Source of the DNA: Mobula hypostoma | Lineage: Eukaryota | Length of the DNA: 60,000 nt | Reading direction: 5' to 3' | Assembly: GCF_963921235.1 (NCBI RefSeq) | Contig: NC_086107.1 | Coordinates: 97,962,001-98,022,000 of the forward strand | Part shown: positions 35,813-49,829 of the stretch, piece after piece | Position numbering within the stretch: the stretch's first letter is position 1 | Layout of the letters: each line of letters begins with the position of its first letter | Notes under the pieces: generated by a model | The model's input: only the letters and a program-made list of their open reading frames with translations | What the model was told of the DNA's origin: nothing | Databases searched by the model: none | Position numbers and translations under genes: made by a program

Positions 35813-38058
35813 ATAGAAACATAGAAAATAGGTGCAGGAGTAGGCCATTTGGCCCTTCGAGCCTGCACTGCCATTTATTATGATCATGGCTGATCATCCA
35901 ACTCAGAACCCCGCCCCAGCCTTCCCTCCATACCCCCTGACCCCCGTAGCCACAAGGGCCATATCTAACTCCCTCTTAAATATAGCCAATGAACTGGCCT
36001 CAACTGTTTCCTGTGGCAGAGAATTCCACAGATTCACCACTCTCTGTGTGAAGAAGTTTTTCCTAATCTCGGTCCTAAAAGGCTTCCCCTCTATCCTCAA
36101 ACTGTGGCCCCTCGTTTTGGACTTCCCCAACATCGGGAACAATCTTCCTGCATCTAGCCTGTCCAATCCCTTTAGGATCTTATACGTTTCAATCAGTTCC
36201 CCCCTCAATCTTCTAAATTCCAACGAGTACAAGTCCAGTTCATCCAGTCTTTCTTCATATGAAAGTCCTGCCATCCCAGGAATCAATCTGGTGAACCTTC
36301 TTTGTACTCCCTCTATGGCAAGGATGTCTTTCCTCAGATTAGGGGACCAAAACTGCACACAATACTCCAGGTGTGGTCTCACCAAGGCCTTGTACAACTG
36401 CAGTAGTACCTCCCTGCTCCTGTACTCGAATCCTCTCGCTATAAATGCCAGCATACCATTCGCCTTTTTCTCTGCCTGCTGTACCTGCAGGCCCACTTTC
36501 AATGACTGGTGTATAATGACAGCCAGGTCTCGTTGCACCTCCCCTTTTCCTAATCGGCCACCATTCAGATAATAATCTGTTTTCCTATTTTTGCCACCAA
36601 AGTGGATAACTTCACATTTATCCACATTAAATTGCATCTGCCATGAATTTGCCCACTCACCCAACCTATCCAAGTCACCCTGCATCCTCTTAGCATCCGC
36701 CTCACAGTTAACATCCAGCTTCGTGTCATCCGCAAACTTGGAGATGCTGCATTTAATTCCCTCATCCAAGTCATTAATATATATTGTAAACAACTGGGGT
36801 CCCAGCACTGAGCCTTGCGGTACCCCACTAGTCACCGCCTGCCATTCTGAAAAGGTCCCGTTTATTCCCACTCTTTGCTTCCTGTCTGCTAACCAATTCT
36901 CCACCCATACCAATACCTTACCCCCAATACCGTGTGCTTTAAGTTTGCACACTAATCTCCTGTGTGGGACCTTGTCAAAAGCCTTTTGAAAATCCAAATA
37001 TACCACATCCACTGGTTCTCCCCTATCCACTCTACTAGTTACATCCTCAAAAAATTCTATGAGATTCGTCAGACATGATTTTCCTTTCACAAATCCATGC
37101 TGACTTTGTCTGATCATTTCACCGCTTTCCAAATGTGCTGTTATCACATCTTTGATAACTGACTCCAGCAGTTTCACCACCACCGACGTTAGGCTAACCG
37201 GTCTATAATTCCCCGGTTTCTCTCTCCCTCCTTTTTTAAAAAGTGGAGTTACATTAGCCACCCTCCAATCCTCAGGAACTAGTCCAGAATCTAACGAGTT
37301 TTGAAAAATTATCACTAATGCATCCACTATTTCTTGGGCTACTTCCTTAAGCACTCTAGGATGCAGACCATCTGGCCCTGGGGATTTATCTGCCTTCAAT
37401 CCCTTCAATCTACCTAACATCACTTCCCTACTAACATATATTTCGCTCAGTTCCTCCATCTCACTGGACCCTCTGTCCCCTACTATTTCTGGAAGATTAT
37501 TTATGTTCTCCTTAGTGAAGACAGAACCAAAGTAATTATTCAATTCGTCTGCCATGTCCTTGCTCCCCATAATCAATTCACCTGTTTCTGTCTGCTGGGG
37601 ACCTACATTTGTCTTTACCAGTCTTTTCCTTTTTACATATCTATAAAAGCTTTTACAGTCCGTTTTTATGTTCCCTGCCAGTTTTCTCTCATAATCTTTT
37701 TCCCCCCTCCTAATTAAGCCCTTTGTCCTCCTCTGCTGAACTCTGAATTTCTCCCAGTCCTCAGGTGAGCCACTTTCTCTGGCTAATTTGTATGCTTCTT
37801 CTTTGGAATTGATACTATCCCTAATTTCCCTTGTCAGCCACGGGTGCACTACCTTCCTTGATTTATTCTTTTGCCAAACTGGGATGAACAATTGTTGTAG
37901 TTCATCCATGCAACCTTTAAATGCTTGCCATTGCATATCCACCGTCAATCCTTTAAGTGTCATTTGCCAGTCTATCTTAGCTAATTCACGTCTCATACCT
38001 TCAAAGTTACCCCTCTTTAAGTTCAGAACCTTTGTTTCTGAATTAACTATGTCACTCT
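35813..38058 (-). mobile_element. Young 5'-truncated CR1 LINE with an open 697-aa RT frame, in DMC1 intron 12; same subfamily as the copy at 1100-5534
   Basis: ORF 35903-37996 carries all RT motifs; tail atagaaacatagaaa; near-identical by eye to the copy at 1910-5534. Confidence 0.96.
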
Positions 38059-38352
38059 ATGTAACTATGTAAGCTATAAAAGTTGAACAGATACAGTAGT
38101 TATTTATACAGGAAGCACAACATACGCTGCACAGTGTCAGGTCAGGAACAGAAGTATGCTCAGGAGGAAGGGAAATTCCAGTATAGAACGAGAGTACATC
38201 CAGTTATGTTCTACCATCCCCCTTTTGCTCTTTTTCCATAGAAGGACAAACAAAAGGAGTGCTTCATATTCAGGTCACCTTAAAAATCAACCTAATAAAT
38301 TTCCTGTGTTTGTGAACAGCCCAATTCCAGGGATATTGATGCAACAAAGCTT

Positions 38353-38915
38353 GAGAACGATGAGTTCGGAGAAGGACATAAAGATACGGAAGGCGCTGGC
38401 ATGGAGGGCTATGAACGACTTGAAGGAAATCTGGAAGTCGAACCTGACCAGAGGGCTTAAAAAGAGGATTTTCATACCAGTCATAGAGTCCATTCTCACG
38501 TACGGATGCGAGATGCAGACACTCACCAGGACGATGCGAAAGTCTCTAGATGGTTGCTATACACAAATGCTCCAGATGGCTCTTGACGCGAGTTGGCAAC
38601 AGCACATGACGAACGTCGAGCTCTATAACAACCTACCGATGCTCACCACTAAAATCGAGGCGAGAAGACTGCAACTAGCGGGGCACTGTCTACGCCACCC
38701 CGAGCTACCTGCCAGCCTAGTCATCATATGGGAGCCCAACCATGGGAGGATGAACCCTGGGCGCCCTCCCAAGACTATGGTCAACACGCTCCTAGAAGAC
38801 AGCGGCGCGGCTAATGTGTATGAACTGAACACACTGAGGGAGAGGGAGAAGTGGAGAGTCCGTCATTGTGCCCGACATTGGCCCCCTAGGCCTGAGTCGA
38901 CGTAGTGGTAGTAGT
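38353..38915 (+). mobile_element. 5'-truncated RTE-like LINE
   Basis: SSEKDIKIRKALAWRAMNDLKEIWKS...ESILTYGCE...RRLQLAGHCLRH...GRP; (GTA)n tail; TSD AAAGCTT at 38346-38352 and 38916-38922. Confidence 0.88.
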
Positions 38916-39359
38916 AAAGCTTAAGGAGTGCTACAGAGAATATTTATAGATAATTTAAGTTGCACACATGCAGTTTTTTATGGTCCCAATTCAGCTGCAG
39001 CAAATCATGAGTGATTTTAAGAAACGATGCTATGTTATCCTGAACTGCACTTCTGTCCCCTCCATCATTAAGACCTTCTAAGCTTGATTCCTTTGGATTA
39101 TGCCTCATCCTTTGCTCTCTTTAAAGTTTAACTCATCAAAAATCCCAAATTCCAATATTGATTCCTATACCAAATACATGTTTGTCCTCACTGATATAAA
39201 TTGGGACCCATTGCTATCCAACAAGAACTGCTGACCTGACCACATGTGGTTTTGTTGATACAACTTTGGGTGTGTGTACCTGTATCATGTACATTAGTTA
39301 AATTCTCATCAGTATTCAAAAAGCAGTGCACTGTCACTTTACATTTAATCTCTCAAAGT

Positions 39360-41600
39360 GCAACAGTTCAGATTTGGCCTGGTTAAACTCCATTTGCCAT
39401 TTCTCCACCCATACCTGTGACTGATTAATATCCTACTATATGCTTTGGCGGTCTTCTACACTATCCACAAAGCACACATTTTCATATCCGTCTGCAAACT
39501 TACAAACTCACCCATCTACATTTTCATCCAGGTCATATTATATATACAGTAGTACAAACAGCAATGGCCAATTTGCTGTGGATCCCATGGATCTTAACCT
39601 TCTTGATGACCCTCCCATGAGGGATCTTGCCAAACACCTTACTAAAGTCCATGTAGAGAACGTCTTTGCCTCATCAATCACCTGCGTCACCTTCTCAAAA
39701 ACTCAATCAAGTTAATATGATATGATGTACTCAGCACAGTCCCTAATAAGGCTATTATTTTCCAAATGCTCATAAATTCCATTCCTACAGATTTCTCCAG
39801 TAACTTCATTACCACTGATGTTCAACACATTGGTCTACAGTCTCCAGGATTATCCTCATTTCCCTTCCTGAATAATGGAACAACATCAGCTACTCACCAG
39901 TCTTCCAGGACCTCACCTCTAGTTAGAGAGGGCAGGAAGAAATTGGTCAAGGCCCCAACAAGATCAAAAATTATCTTAATGTGGTTAACTCTTGAGCACT
40001 ACCTCCTTCATTTTGAAATGCCTTAGCATATTAGCATGCTCCACATTGATCTCCCTATCTTCCACATCCTTTTCCTTGGTAAATTCTAATGCAAAGTACT
40101 TATTTATGATTGTTTCCATATCCTCTGTCTCTAAGCATGTGTCCCTCCTTTATCGATGAGTGGTCCGACCTTGTTCTTGAAGTATGTATAGAATTCCTTG
40201 GGATTCTTTTTAATCATACTTGTCAGGGATTTTTCGAGGCCACTCCTGACTTCCTAATTCCCTTCCTGAGTTCTTTTCTGGCTTTTTTTTATAACCCTCA
40301 AGGGTCTGTTTGACTTCCTAAAATTTATATATGCTTCCTTTCTCTTTTTGTTTAAATGCACTGCCTCTTTCGTCATCCAAGGTTCCCTTATGTTGCTATT
40401 CTTGTTTTTCCCTTTTACTGGTACAAATTTGTCCCATGGTCTGCGTAGTTGATCTTTAAACACCCTCCACATATCGGATGTGGACTTGCCCAAAAACAGC
40501 TGTAGACTATTAACTTTCCCTGTTTCCTGAACAATAGTTTCAAAATTTGCTTTGTTTCAATTTAATACTCTGTCACAAGGTCCATATTTATCCTTATATA
40601 TTAAGCTATCTTAAAACTTAAGGAGTTGTGGTCACTGTTTCCTAACTGCTCTCCCACTGAAAGATCGGTTACCTGGCCAGGCTCATTACCCAACACTAGG
40701 TCCCGTTCAGCCCCTCCTCCTGTTGGACTATCTACATATTTGTTTTAGGAAAACTTTCCTGGATGCACCTAACACAGCTCCCTCCCTCTAAACCACATGC
40801 ACTAAGGAGGTCCCAGTTTGTTTCTACACTTTAACCTAATCTGCCTGCATTTCTGTTCCTCAATGTCTCAGTGTCTGTGGGAGGGAGGTGGTCAGTAGTA
40901 TAATCCCATCAGAGTGCTCATATCATTTTGTTATTTTTAAAATTTCCACCCATATACATTGGATGAGTCCTCCATTATGTCCCCTCTGAGTGCAGATATG
41001 ATATTGTCACTGATTAATAGTGCAACCTCCCCTACCACCACCCTCCCCTCCCCACCCCATCTTAACCCCCTCCCCCAACCTTTTCTAAAACACTGAATCC
41101 CTGGTACATTAAGCATCTATTCCTCACTCTCTCTCTCAACCAAGTCTCTGTCATGGTCACATCATAGTTCCATGTACTGATCCATGCTCTAAGTTCATCA
41201 CCCTTACCTTAATAATTCTAGAATTAATATCCACAGATTTCAACCCATTCTACCTTCTGCTCAATCGCACCAGTTTCTGACCTGGTCTCTGGTTCCCATC
41301 TGCCTGCCAGGCTAGTTTAAACCCTCCAAGTCACGCTAGTGAACTTCCTGATCAGGATATTGGTTGCCCTCCAGTCAAAGTGCAACCTATTCCTCTGTAC
41401 AGGTCACCCAGGCCCCAGAAGAGATTACAATGGCTCAAGAACTTGAAATCTTGCCTCCTGCACCAGTTCCTCAGCCACACATTCATCTATTCTGTTTTTC
41501 TATTCCTACCTTGACTGGCAGGAATAATCCCGAGATTACTACCTTTGAGGTGCCGCTTTTCAGTCTCTTTCCTAACTCCCTATACTCACTGTGCAGAACC
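39360..41600 (-). mobile_element. Old, heavily deleted CR1 LINE
   Basis: Minus-strand remnants such as WRVFKDQL..KFVP..REPWMTKE, plus RT and endonuclease fragments. Confidence 0.7.
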
Positions 41601-42030
41601 TTGTTGATAGGAAAAGCTTAAAGGAACATGGACCAAACGCAGGCAAATGAGATTTTCTCAGATGGCATCGATGGGCCAGGTCAAAGTGCTGTATAAGTCT
41701 ATGGCTTCAATGTCTTTGTTCTACCCAGCACATTTTGTCTTTACTGAATGGAATACAATTAGTCATATCTAAGTAGTGGTAAATGTGATGAATAACACCA
41801 TACCAGCCTGCTGGATTCAAAATGCTCACGTTTGTGTTTAACTGTTTTCATGGCCCTAATTTTGTAATCACCAGAAAACCCTAGAGCTCCCCCAGGCCCA
41901 ACATCAGTCTAACCCTGATCTCTCCAACCCGTCAGCATCAGGAAGATTAGCTGATATTCTCCTATGTGTTTCCAATCCCACCGGTACACGATCACATATA
42001 AATCTGATTAAAAATAAACCAAATGTATAC

Positions 42031-42091
42031 CTCATGGTTGCTCCTGGATCTGCAGTCATCTGATTGGAAACGAATATGGCCACATTGTATT
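42031..42091 (-). CDS. DMC1: DMC1 exon 12
   Basis: cag|...|gtatac, 61 nt; EYNVAIFVSNQMTADPGATM. Confidence 0.96.
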
Positions 42092-42884
42092 CTGAAGGAA
42101 AAAATGAAGAAAGTAGTTCAACATAACCAATTGTGAAAGAAACTTTACAGAAGAAGAAATCTGCCGTGAATAAATACTCAAAACCTAACACAGTCTCACT
42201 TGTAATAAGGTAAATCAGCAAGATTCCAGATGGAATTAAACCCATCTGGAATTACACCACATTTAACAGTCATAAAGTTTTCTTCACAAGTTAATTGTTT
42301 TCCAACAGATTATTTACACAGCTCTCTTAATATAATCATAGAATCATACAGTACAAATATGAGCCATTCAGCCCACCATGTCCATGCCAGCCCCTTTGTC
42401 CATCTATACTAATACCATTTGACTACATTAAAACTACATCTTTTTATGCCTTGTCTATTTAACTGTCTAAATACCTCCTAAATATAGTAATTGCATCTGA
42501 TTTCTTCACTTCCTCTGCCAGTATTTTCCAGATATTAGCTGTTCTCCGTGTTATTAAACTTACTCATCAAGTCTCTTTTAACTCTTCTTTCCCTCACCTT
42601 AAACCTGTTTATGAAATCCTTACGATAGGAAAAAGATAACCACCTACCCTATTCATGCTTCTTGTGATCTTATATACTCCTATTAGGTCACCTCTTCATT
42701 CCGGGGAAAACAAGTCCAGCCTATTCAATTTCACCCCATAGATAAAGTCTTTCAGGTGTTACTTCTGTGACATAACATGTTGGCGAATAGAGCAGCCAAT
42801 GAATTGGTCCCTATGATTCTGAGGAGGTAGTTGAAACTTCCTGCTGTGTCCTGCAGGCATCCAAGTATTTACATGGGCAACTCC

Positions 42885-43146
42885 TCCTAAGTATTTCACC
42901 AAGATGCAGCACAGAGCGTCATAGGAAGTCATTCCTGCCTGTGGCCATCAAACTTTACAACTCCTCCCTTGGAGGGTCAGACACCCTGAGCCAATAGGCT
43001 GGTCCTGGACTTATTTCATAATTTACTGGCATAATTTACACATTACTATTTAACTATTTATGGTTCTATTACTATTTATTATTTATGGTGCAACTGTAAC
43101 GAAAACCAATTTCCCCCGGGATCAGTAAAGTATGACTATGACTATG
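42885..43146 (+). mobile_element. Rex1/Babar-like LINE 3' end
   Basis: PRCSTERHRKSFLPVAIKLYNSS; cccccgggatcagtaaag followed by an (TATGAC)n tail. Confidence 0.7.
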
Positions 43147-43477
43147 TATTTCTGCTTCACTTCTTTTTAAGTGCAAGGAACTTTCATGAAAGCCACACAT
43201 GTTGCAATAATTTCTGAAGAATCACAGCAATATGACTCTTTCATGGAAAGGCTCTTGGCAAAATTAGCCACCATATTATAGGAAAGATGTGGGTGTGCTG
43301 GAGAGAGTGTAAAGGAAATTCACCAGGAAGTGGCCTGGATTGGATTAGCTACGGGGAGAGTGTGAATACGCAGGGTTGTTTTCCTTACAATGGAGGAGGC
43401 TGAGTGGAGACCCGAGTGGTACATAAAATTATAAGTGGCATAGGCAGATAGTAAGAATCTTTTCACAATAGTTTGTT

Positions 43478-43770
43478 CATTATGTATCATGCCATATGAC
43501 ATGGGCAATCATAGTCTTTTCATGACCATGATTGTTCTTGGTAAATTTTTTTGTAAAAGTGGTTTGCCATTGCCTTCTTCTGGACAATGTCTTTAGAAGA
43601 TGGGTGGTCGTATAACCAGGACTTGTGATATGCACCATCTGCTCATACGGCCATCCACCACCTGCTCCCACAGCTTTATGTGACCCTGATTGGGGTCTAA
43701 GCAGGAGCTACACTTCGCACAGGGGTCACCTGATGGTTAGCAGAGGGAAGGAGTGTCTTACACCTTATTG
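43478..43770 (-). mobile_element. RTE-related non-autonomous element
   Basis: gtggtttgccattgccttc motif typical of RTE/BovB-associated SINEs; boundaries approximate. Confidence 0.45.
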
Positions 43771-43984
43771 TAGCCAGGGCATCAAAGGTTATGGTGAGAA
43801 GGCGGGGGAGTGGGACTAAATAGGCGAAAATGGATCAGCTCATGATAAAATGGCGGAGCAGACTCGATGGGCCGAATGGCCTACTTCTGCTCCTTTGTCT
43901 TATGGTCTTATTCGGTAGAGACATATCTCCACCTTGCCACCCAATTCACAATAATAGAGATATTTTAAAAGGTTTAGCTATAAA

Positions 43985-45005
43985 CATAGAAGAGTACAGC
44001 ACAGAAACAGGCCCTTTGGCCCACAATGTTGTGCCAAACCAGTCAGAAAGTCATTTAACACCCCCCCCCCACCAAACTAATCCCTCCTACCTACCCAACG
44101 TCCATTACCCTCCATCTTCCTCACATCCATGTGCCTATCTAAACATCTCTTAAAAACCTCCAATGTATTTGCCTCTACCACCATACCAGGTAATGCATTC
44201 CAAGCATCCACCACTCTGAGTAAAAAACTTACCCCTCACACCCCCTTTGAACCTACACCTTCTCACCTTCTTGTTTTAGATATTTCAACCCTGGGAAACA
44301 GATACTCACTGTCCACCCTATCTATATTTCTCATTATCTTATAAACTTCTATCAGAAGTTTATAAATAACCGAAACTTAAATTGAATAAGTATCAGAAAG
44401 AATTCATAAAAATTGCACTGGCAGTAGCTAAGAAGGCTATAGCAGTTATTTGGAAATCTGATTCGTATTTAAGTATGAATCATTGGAACAATGAAATGGC
44501 TAGTTCTATTCACTTGAAAAAATTACTTATAATTTAAGAGATAAATATGAAACATTTTTGAATATTTGGCGCCCTTATTTACAAAAGATAGGATGGATGT
44601 ATGTTGGATGGCATATTTAGTTGCTCCGATGATAAAGATCTTGGTCCCTTGGGCAAAGTAATATATAAATATACTAAATTTATTTTGAATCCCATGGAGC
44701 ATGTGGAAACCTTCCAATATCCAGGCGGTTCTCTTTTTTTTTCTTTTTTCTTTTTTCTTTCTTTCTTTTCTTTTTAGGTAGGAGTATATATCGGGGGGAA
44801 GGGTTAAGGGGAGGGGGGAGGGTTGACACTATCTTTTCATGTATTCACTTTGAAAACTCAATAAAAATTATATTAAAAAAACTTCTATCAGATATCCCCT
44901 CAGCCTCCGACATTGCAAAGAAAACAATCCAAGTTTGTCCAATCTCTGAGGCACATGAGGCAGCATCCTTGTAAACGTCTCTGCACCCTCTCCAAAGCCT
45001 CAATG
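43985..45005 (-). mobile_element. CR1 3' remnant hosting the L1 fragment; a related copy lies at 18250-18530
   Basis: agtacagcacag..acaggccctttggcccacaatgttgtgcc CR1 3' end; the ORF2 remnant resumes after the L1 TSD. Confidence 0.75.
44357..44878 (+). mobile_element. Short L1-clade 3' fragment inserted in a minus-strand CR1 remnant
   Basis: KEFIKIALAVAKKAIAVIWKSD ORF2 end; T-rich and G-rich 3' UTR, AATAAA, A tail; 14-bp TSD AAACTTCTATCAGA at 44343-44356 and 44879-44892. Confidence 0.88.
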
Positions 45006-46282
45006 TTCAGGTGAGGGGTCGGACTTTTTAAAAGGGGAATTGCTGAGTTTTTTTAAACACTTGATATTTGGAATTCATTGCCACAGGAGGAGATGGTGGT
45101 ATCAGACATAATCACTTTATTCAACATATATTTAGGGCAGGTGCTTAAATAGATAAAGCAATGAAGGATGAGGATCTACTGCAACCAATGGGATTAGGTA
45201 GATGGGCACAAAGGTCGGAGAGGCCAGAAGGGCCTCAGCTCTATGACTCTATGAGAGGTGAGTCTGGAGTACAGTGAAGTAGCAATGCTTGGAGTCCCAG
45301 AAGCAGGGAACGGTGATACCACAACAATGGTTAAGGCAGGGATCAAAACAGTGGAAATAGGCTGTCTTTCTGATGGACAGGATAAGGATCAAGAACTCAG
45401 TTCACAGTCACACATCAGCCAGGGTCGTAGTCTGGTTTAATCTGAGACATCAACCAGGTTTTCTGATAGGTCTAAAATCAATTTCAAAACTTTCTTGCCC
45501 AATGTTTATGATAAAACATGTGAAAATATATTTCCAAAACATCAAGCGTAATACTCCCAAGCCACTTGGTCTGCACATACAGTATATCCAGCAGCTTTCC
45601 TGATTGGAATAGTGCTATAAATTAGAACATGCCTGGCTTCAAGTTGAATTTTGCTGTAATGGGAATAGTGAAGCCCCTTGAGAAAAGGAGCCTTAATTAG
45701 GTCACATATATTTTACAAAACATACTGGAGGACATGGGGATCAAGTGTGCTTTCAGCTGGGTAAGAAGTATCATCAAGAGTCTTCTGTTTAAGTAGACAA
45801 TGTAGGAATGTTTCTGATTGAAAGAATTTTCCATCCATGCAGTGGAATGAGACAGAAAGATTGCTATCAACACCACATTCTAGTACATTTGAGGTCAGGG
45901 GTTGCCAGCTTTGGCCGATATAATATTAAATCACATGCAACATTGGTTTCCACTTTCAATTTTAGTTAATCCTGAAGAAAATGATACTAATTCAAAGCTT
46001 AAGTGACAGCCATATGGCTTTTGCTGCCCAAAACATATGCATGACAGAACAGACTAGGAGAAATGGCATAAGAAGCAAAAACAGAATCTCTGCTCAAAAT
46101 CCAAGGCATCTTTTTTAAAAAGTTAACCGTGAGGATACAGTCTCCTACCAAGGATATTGTATTTCAAAGATTAACTTCCAAAATAATACGGCATGCATTG
46201 CCCATGGTGATCCCTCACTCTTCATTACTGTACAGCTTTAAAATAATGTGCTTTGAAGTACACGTTATCTGTTAATGCTTAC

Positions 46283-46397
46283 CCTCAGAGATTTTCTGCA
46301 GGCGGGAAAGCATCTGAGCCAGCTTCTGCTGGCGCTCTGCAAGCTCACCACGGCCACTGAAATCAACTCGAAAAAGTGCCATGATTGAATCTATGAT
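46283..46397 (-). CDS. DMC1: DMC1 exon 11 (Walker B)
   Basis: cag|...|gtaagc, 115 nt; [38 protein letters not shown]. Confidence 0.97.
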
Positions 46398-48684
46398 CTG
46401 AGCAACAAATGTACTGTCAGGAAAATTCCTTTAAAAACACTATATCAAAGTCATTAAACTCCAGTACAGCTAAGTAAGGAAACAATTCACTCCAAGCCCG
46501 ATTTTGAAATATTTGCGGATTAGCAGTTGGTAAAATGGCTGGAATGTAGTACAGATTATTATTCAGTTTATTTTTGTCTGTGGCTAACTGAACATGACAA
46601 ACAACACACTTGCCCCAGTATATACAGGTGGATGCAGCTGAAGGACCTATGAGGCTGAGAACATAGTGACACAAATCAACTTAACAACAGGAGTTATTTA
46701 GGATTTTCGGCTTTGTTTTCTGCCATCAGCCAGCTGAGGCTCCAGTGACAGGAAGCTGTAGTTTCTCGGGGCTATTTCATGGATGTGGTCATGGCTTGTA
46801 GGATAATCCCATGATTGAAGTGAAGGAACAGGTGGCATGAGAGATATGGGAGATAACCCTGTCACTGGAGGAGAAAGATCTGGAAAGATCCGAATAAAAG
46901 AGGAAGGCTGCTACAGTATTTTGTGAAGTAACATATCTATGATTGGGAGAGAAGCAGCAGTCAGCATTACGAGAGGAAGGAGAAACTGCATTTATGATGG
47001 TAGAAGGCTGACATAGGTAGGAGGAGAAAACCCTCATTAAGTCTTGTGTGTTTAGGAAAGAGGCTGCAGATACAAATGTTGCAGAAGCAGGAAAGGACAG
47101 GTTCACAACTTCATATTTTCCTCAAGGTAAAAGGATGCTATTCAGCCCATCAAGGCTCTGTGAACTCTGAGCAGTTCCATCAGTCTCTCTTACTCTGTGG
47201 CCTACTCTTTCTCAAATGCCAACTCTAACCACCTACCTACACTTGGTATGATTGAAAGTAACCAATTAACCTACGAACACATCTTTAGGATGTGAGAGGT
47301 ATAGAGAGGCCCGTGAGAACCCACGTCGTCACAGGCATAATGTGCAAATGCCACAGTTAGTAGTGAGATCAGTATCACACCTGGGTCACTGGAGCTGTGC
47401 AGCAGCTGTACTGTCTGCTCCATTACTGTGCCGTTCTTTAAGAGAGCTTAGTACAGCGCAGGAGATAAACACTGCAAGAATTTAAAAACTGGATAGGAGA
47501 GAGAGGCTTCAAAGATGTGTTGATTTTCCCCTGCCTGGAAGTCTAGAATCACAGAAAATACTGAAAATACTCAGCAGGTCAGCCATATTTGTAGGAAGAG
47601 AAACAAAGCGAATGGTTCAGGTTAAAGACTCTTTGTCAGAATGGGGAAGGAGCCAAAAGAAATTAGGTAAGCTGCAGAGGTGAGGGGATGGCTCTGATGG
47701 GGTAAATCAAGAGTGACCATGGGGGAATAAGCCGTAATCAAAGTTATTTGGTCAATGAGTGAGTAGGAGAGTGCAATCACCTCAATTTCTGATCTTATAA
47801 TAGAAGAATCATGACTGATAAAGCAGCTGAAAATTATTGAGCACTCCGAATGCACTGTCTGAGGCAGAGTTGATTGACTACCGGTAACTATCTTTGTGCT
47901 AAATACGATTCCAGCCAGATGAATAGTTTTCCCTTCATTCCTACAAACCAGCATTTTCTCAGTGCTCTTGCTTCTGGTGTTCACCTCCATGTCAAGGTCA
48001 AGGAGGTAATGAAGTCTGGAATGCTCGTGGCTAAGTGCTGCTTAAACCACCTAACAAGAGTATTCTCTATTACCATGTTGATAACTGTGAGTAGATTGAT
48101 GGGGCAGTATTAAATCAGATTGTGTTGATCTTTGTGAACAGAATATAACAGGGTAGATATGAATGTTATAATTGTGCAGGGAGCAGTAGGAGAGGAAGAA
48201 CATTGATACAAGAATGTAGGAGTAGCAAAATACAGAGCAGGAAGATAGACCCACTAGCTCAGATTGGCATGTCTTCCACTTCCAAAGTTCAAGTTTAATT
48301 GTCATTCAGTCATACATGAATACTGCCAAATGAAACAGCGTTGCTCCATACAGACACATATTTTATACATACACACACACACACACACATATATAGAGCT
48401 GCAGCATTATCTCACAGTGCTATCACCTGTTTAAACTCTCAAAAAGATGCAGCAGAGTGAAGCCTATACTGATCATTTGTGACCGTGCTGAATGATAAGG
48501 GATAGAGGTTGGAACTATCATGTCAGCTAGAAAGCTGCTTAGTTATGTTCACATTGATAATCCTCGGCAGAGTTCACTGGCCGTGTGTTGCTGTAAGCTC
48601 ACCTCAGTGTTTAAATGATGTCTCGTATTTCCAAAGGATTTTCTTAACAAACCAAGGCATAGAAGTTGTCATTAGTGTCACCAA

Positions 48685-48716
48685 CATGAGAAAATCTGCA
48701 GATGCTGGAAGTTCAA

Positions 48717-48758
<42 letters not shown>

Positions 48759-49160
48759 TGCTGAAGGAACTCAGCAGCTCAGGCAGGATCTGTGGAAAAG
48801 AGTAAACAGTTGTCATTTTGGGCCGAGACTCATCAACAATACTGGAAAGAAAGGCAGAGAAGTAAGGTGTGGGGTGGGGGAGGAGAGGAAGAAGTACAAG
48901 GTGGTAGATGATAGATGGAATAGGGAGAGGTTAAGTAAAGAGCTGAAATGTTGATTGGTGGGAGAGATAAAGGGCTGGAGGAGGGGGAATCTGATAGCAG
49001 ATGACAGATGACCATGGAAAAAAGGGAAGGGGGAGGAGCACCAGAGGGAAGTGATGGGCAGGTATGGAGATAAGGTGAAAGAGGGAAATGGGAACAGGGA
49101 ATGGTGGAGTGGGGCATTTACCGGAAGTTCAAGAAATCAATGTTCCTGCCATCAGGTTGA
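48685..49160 (-). mobile_element. Penelope-like 3' remnant with internal (CA)n expansion at 48721-48757
   Basis: Reverse-complement counterpart of 56400-56940. Confidence 0.7.
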
Positions 49161-49829
49161 ATTGGTTGTGATTAGTATCTGGGTTAATGTACTTACCAGT
49201 ATTATTTTGAAAGCAGAATGAAGAAGAAATTGGTTAAGGACTATGGGGGGGGGGGGGTGCCAAGATAATGTAGCGGTTAGCGCCCTGCTATCACAGCTCA
49301 TGGAGTCAGAGTTCAGAGTACATTTTGTGACTTTGATCAAAGTCACCTGAGAGACACTGAAGCTGATGGATATTGAAGTATTTATTCAACAAAACAATCA
49401 GGCATGATACTGCAGTCGCTTGGAAGAAGAGACTTCCTGAACCAATATTACATGACATTTTGTTTGTTAAAGAACAAAGGTAACAACAGGACAATTTCTG
49501 TAGTTACCATGCATTCATCATGCATCCTTTGAGTTGCACATAATTTCAAACAGCTAAATCGTCACATCACCAGACTCAAAATGAGTGTTAATCACCTCTG
49601 TCTCTGAATTGCATTCATGCATATGCAAACATCTCAGGTGAATGGAGTGTTTCCTGATCTGTTAACAACAGTTCTGTAGCTCCAGGAAGACCATTGCTCT
49701 GAGCTGCATTTTAAATTCAATCTACAATCCATATTCAGGTCTGAAGACTGGTGGCTGTTGAAATTAATATTTGCTATACTGTATTACATAATCTCCACCT
49801 TCACATTTCATTTCCAGCAGCATCGGTAT

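Noticed and set aside
35880..36989. Long plus-strand ORFs (and 1403-2179, 2958-3362, 4694-5221 on minus) as host genes
   Set aside because: They are antisense shadows of CR1 ORF2
38156..38352. N-terminal part of the 249-aa ORF as coding
   Set aside because: It lies outside the RTE target-site duplication and is a chance open frame in flanking intron
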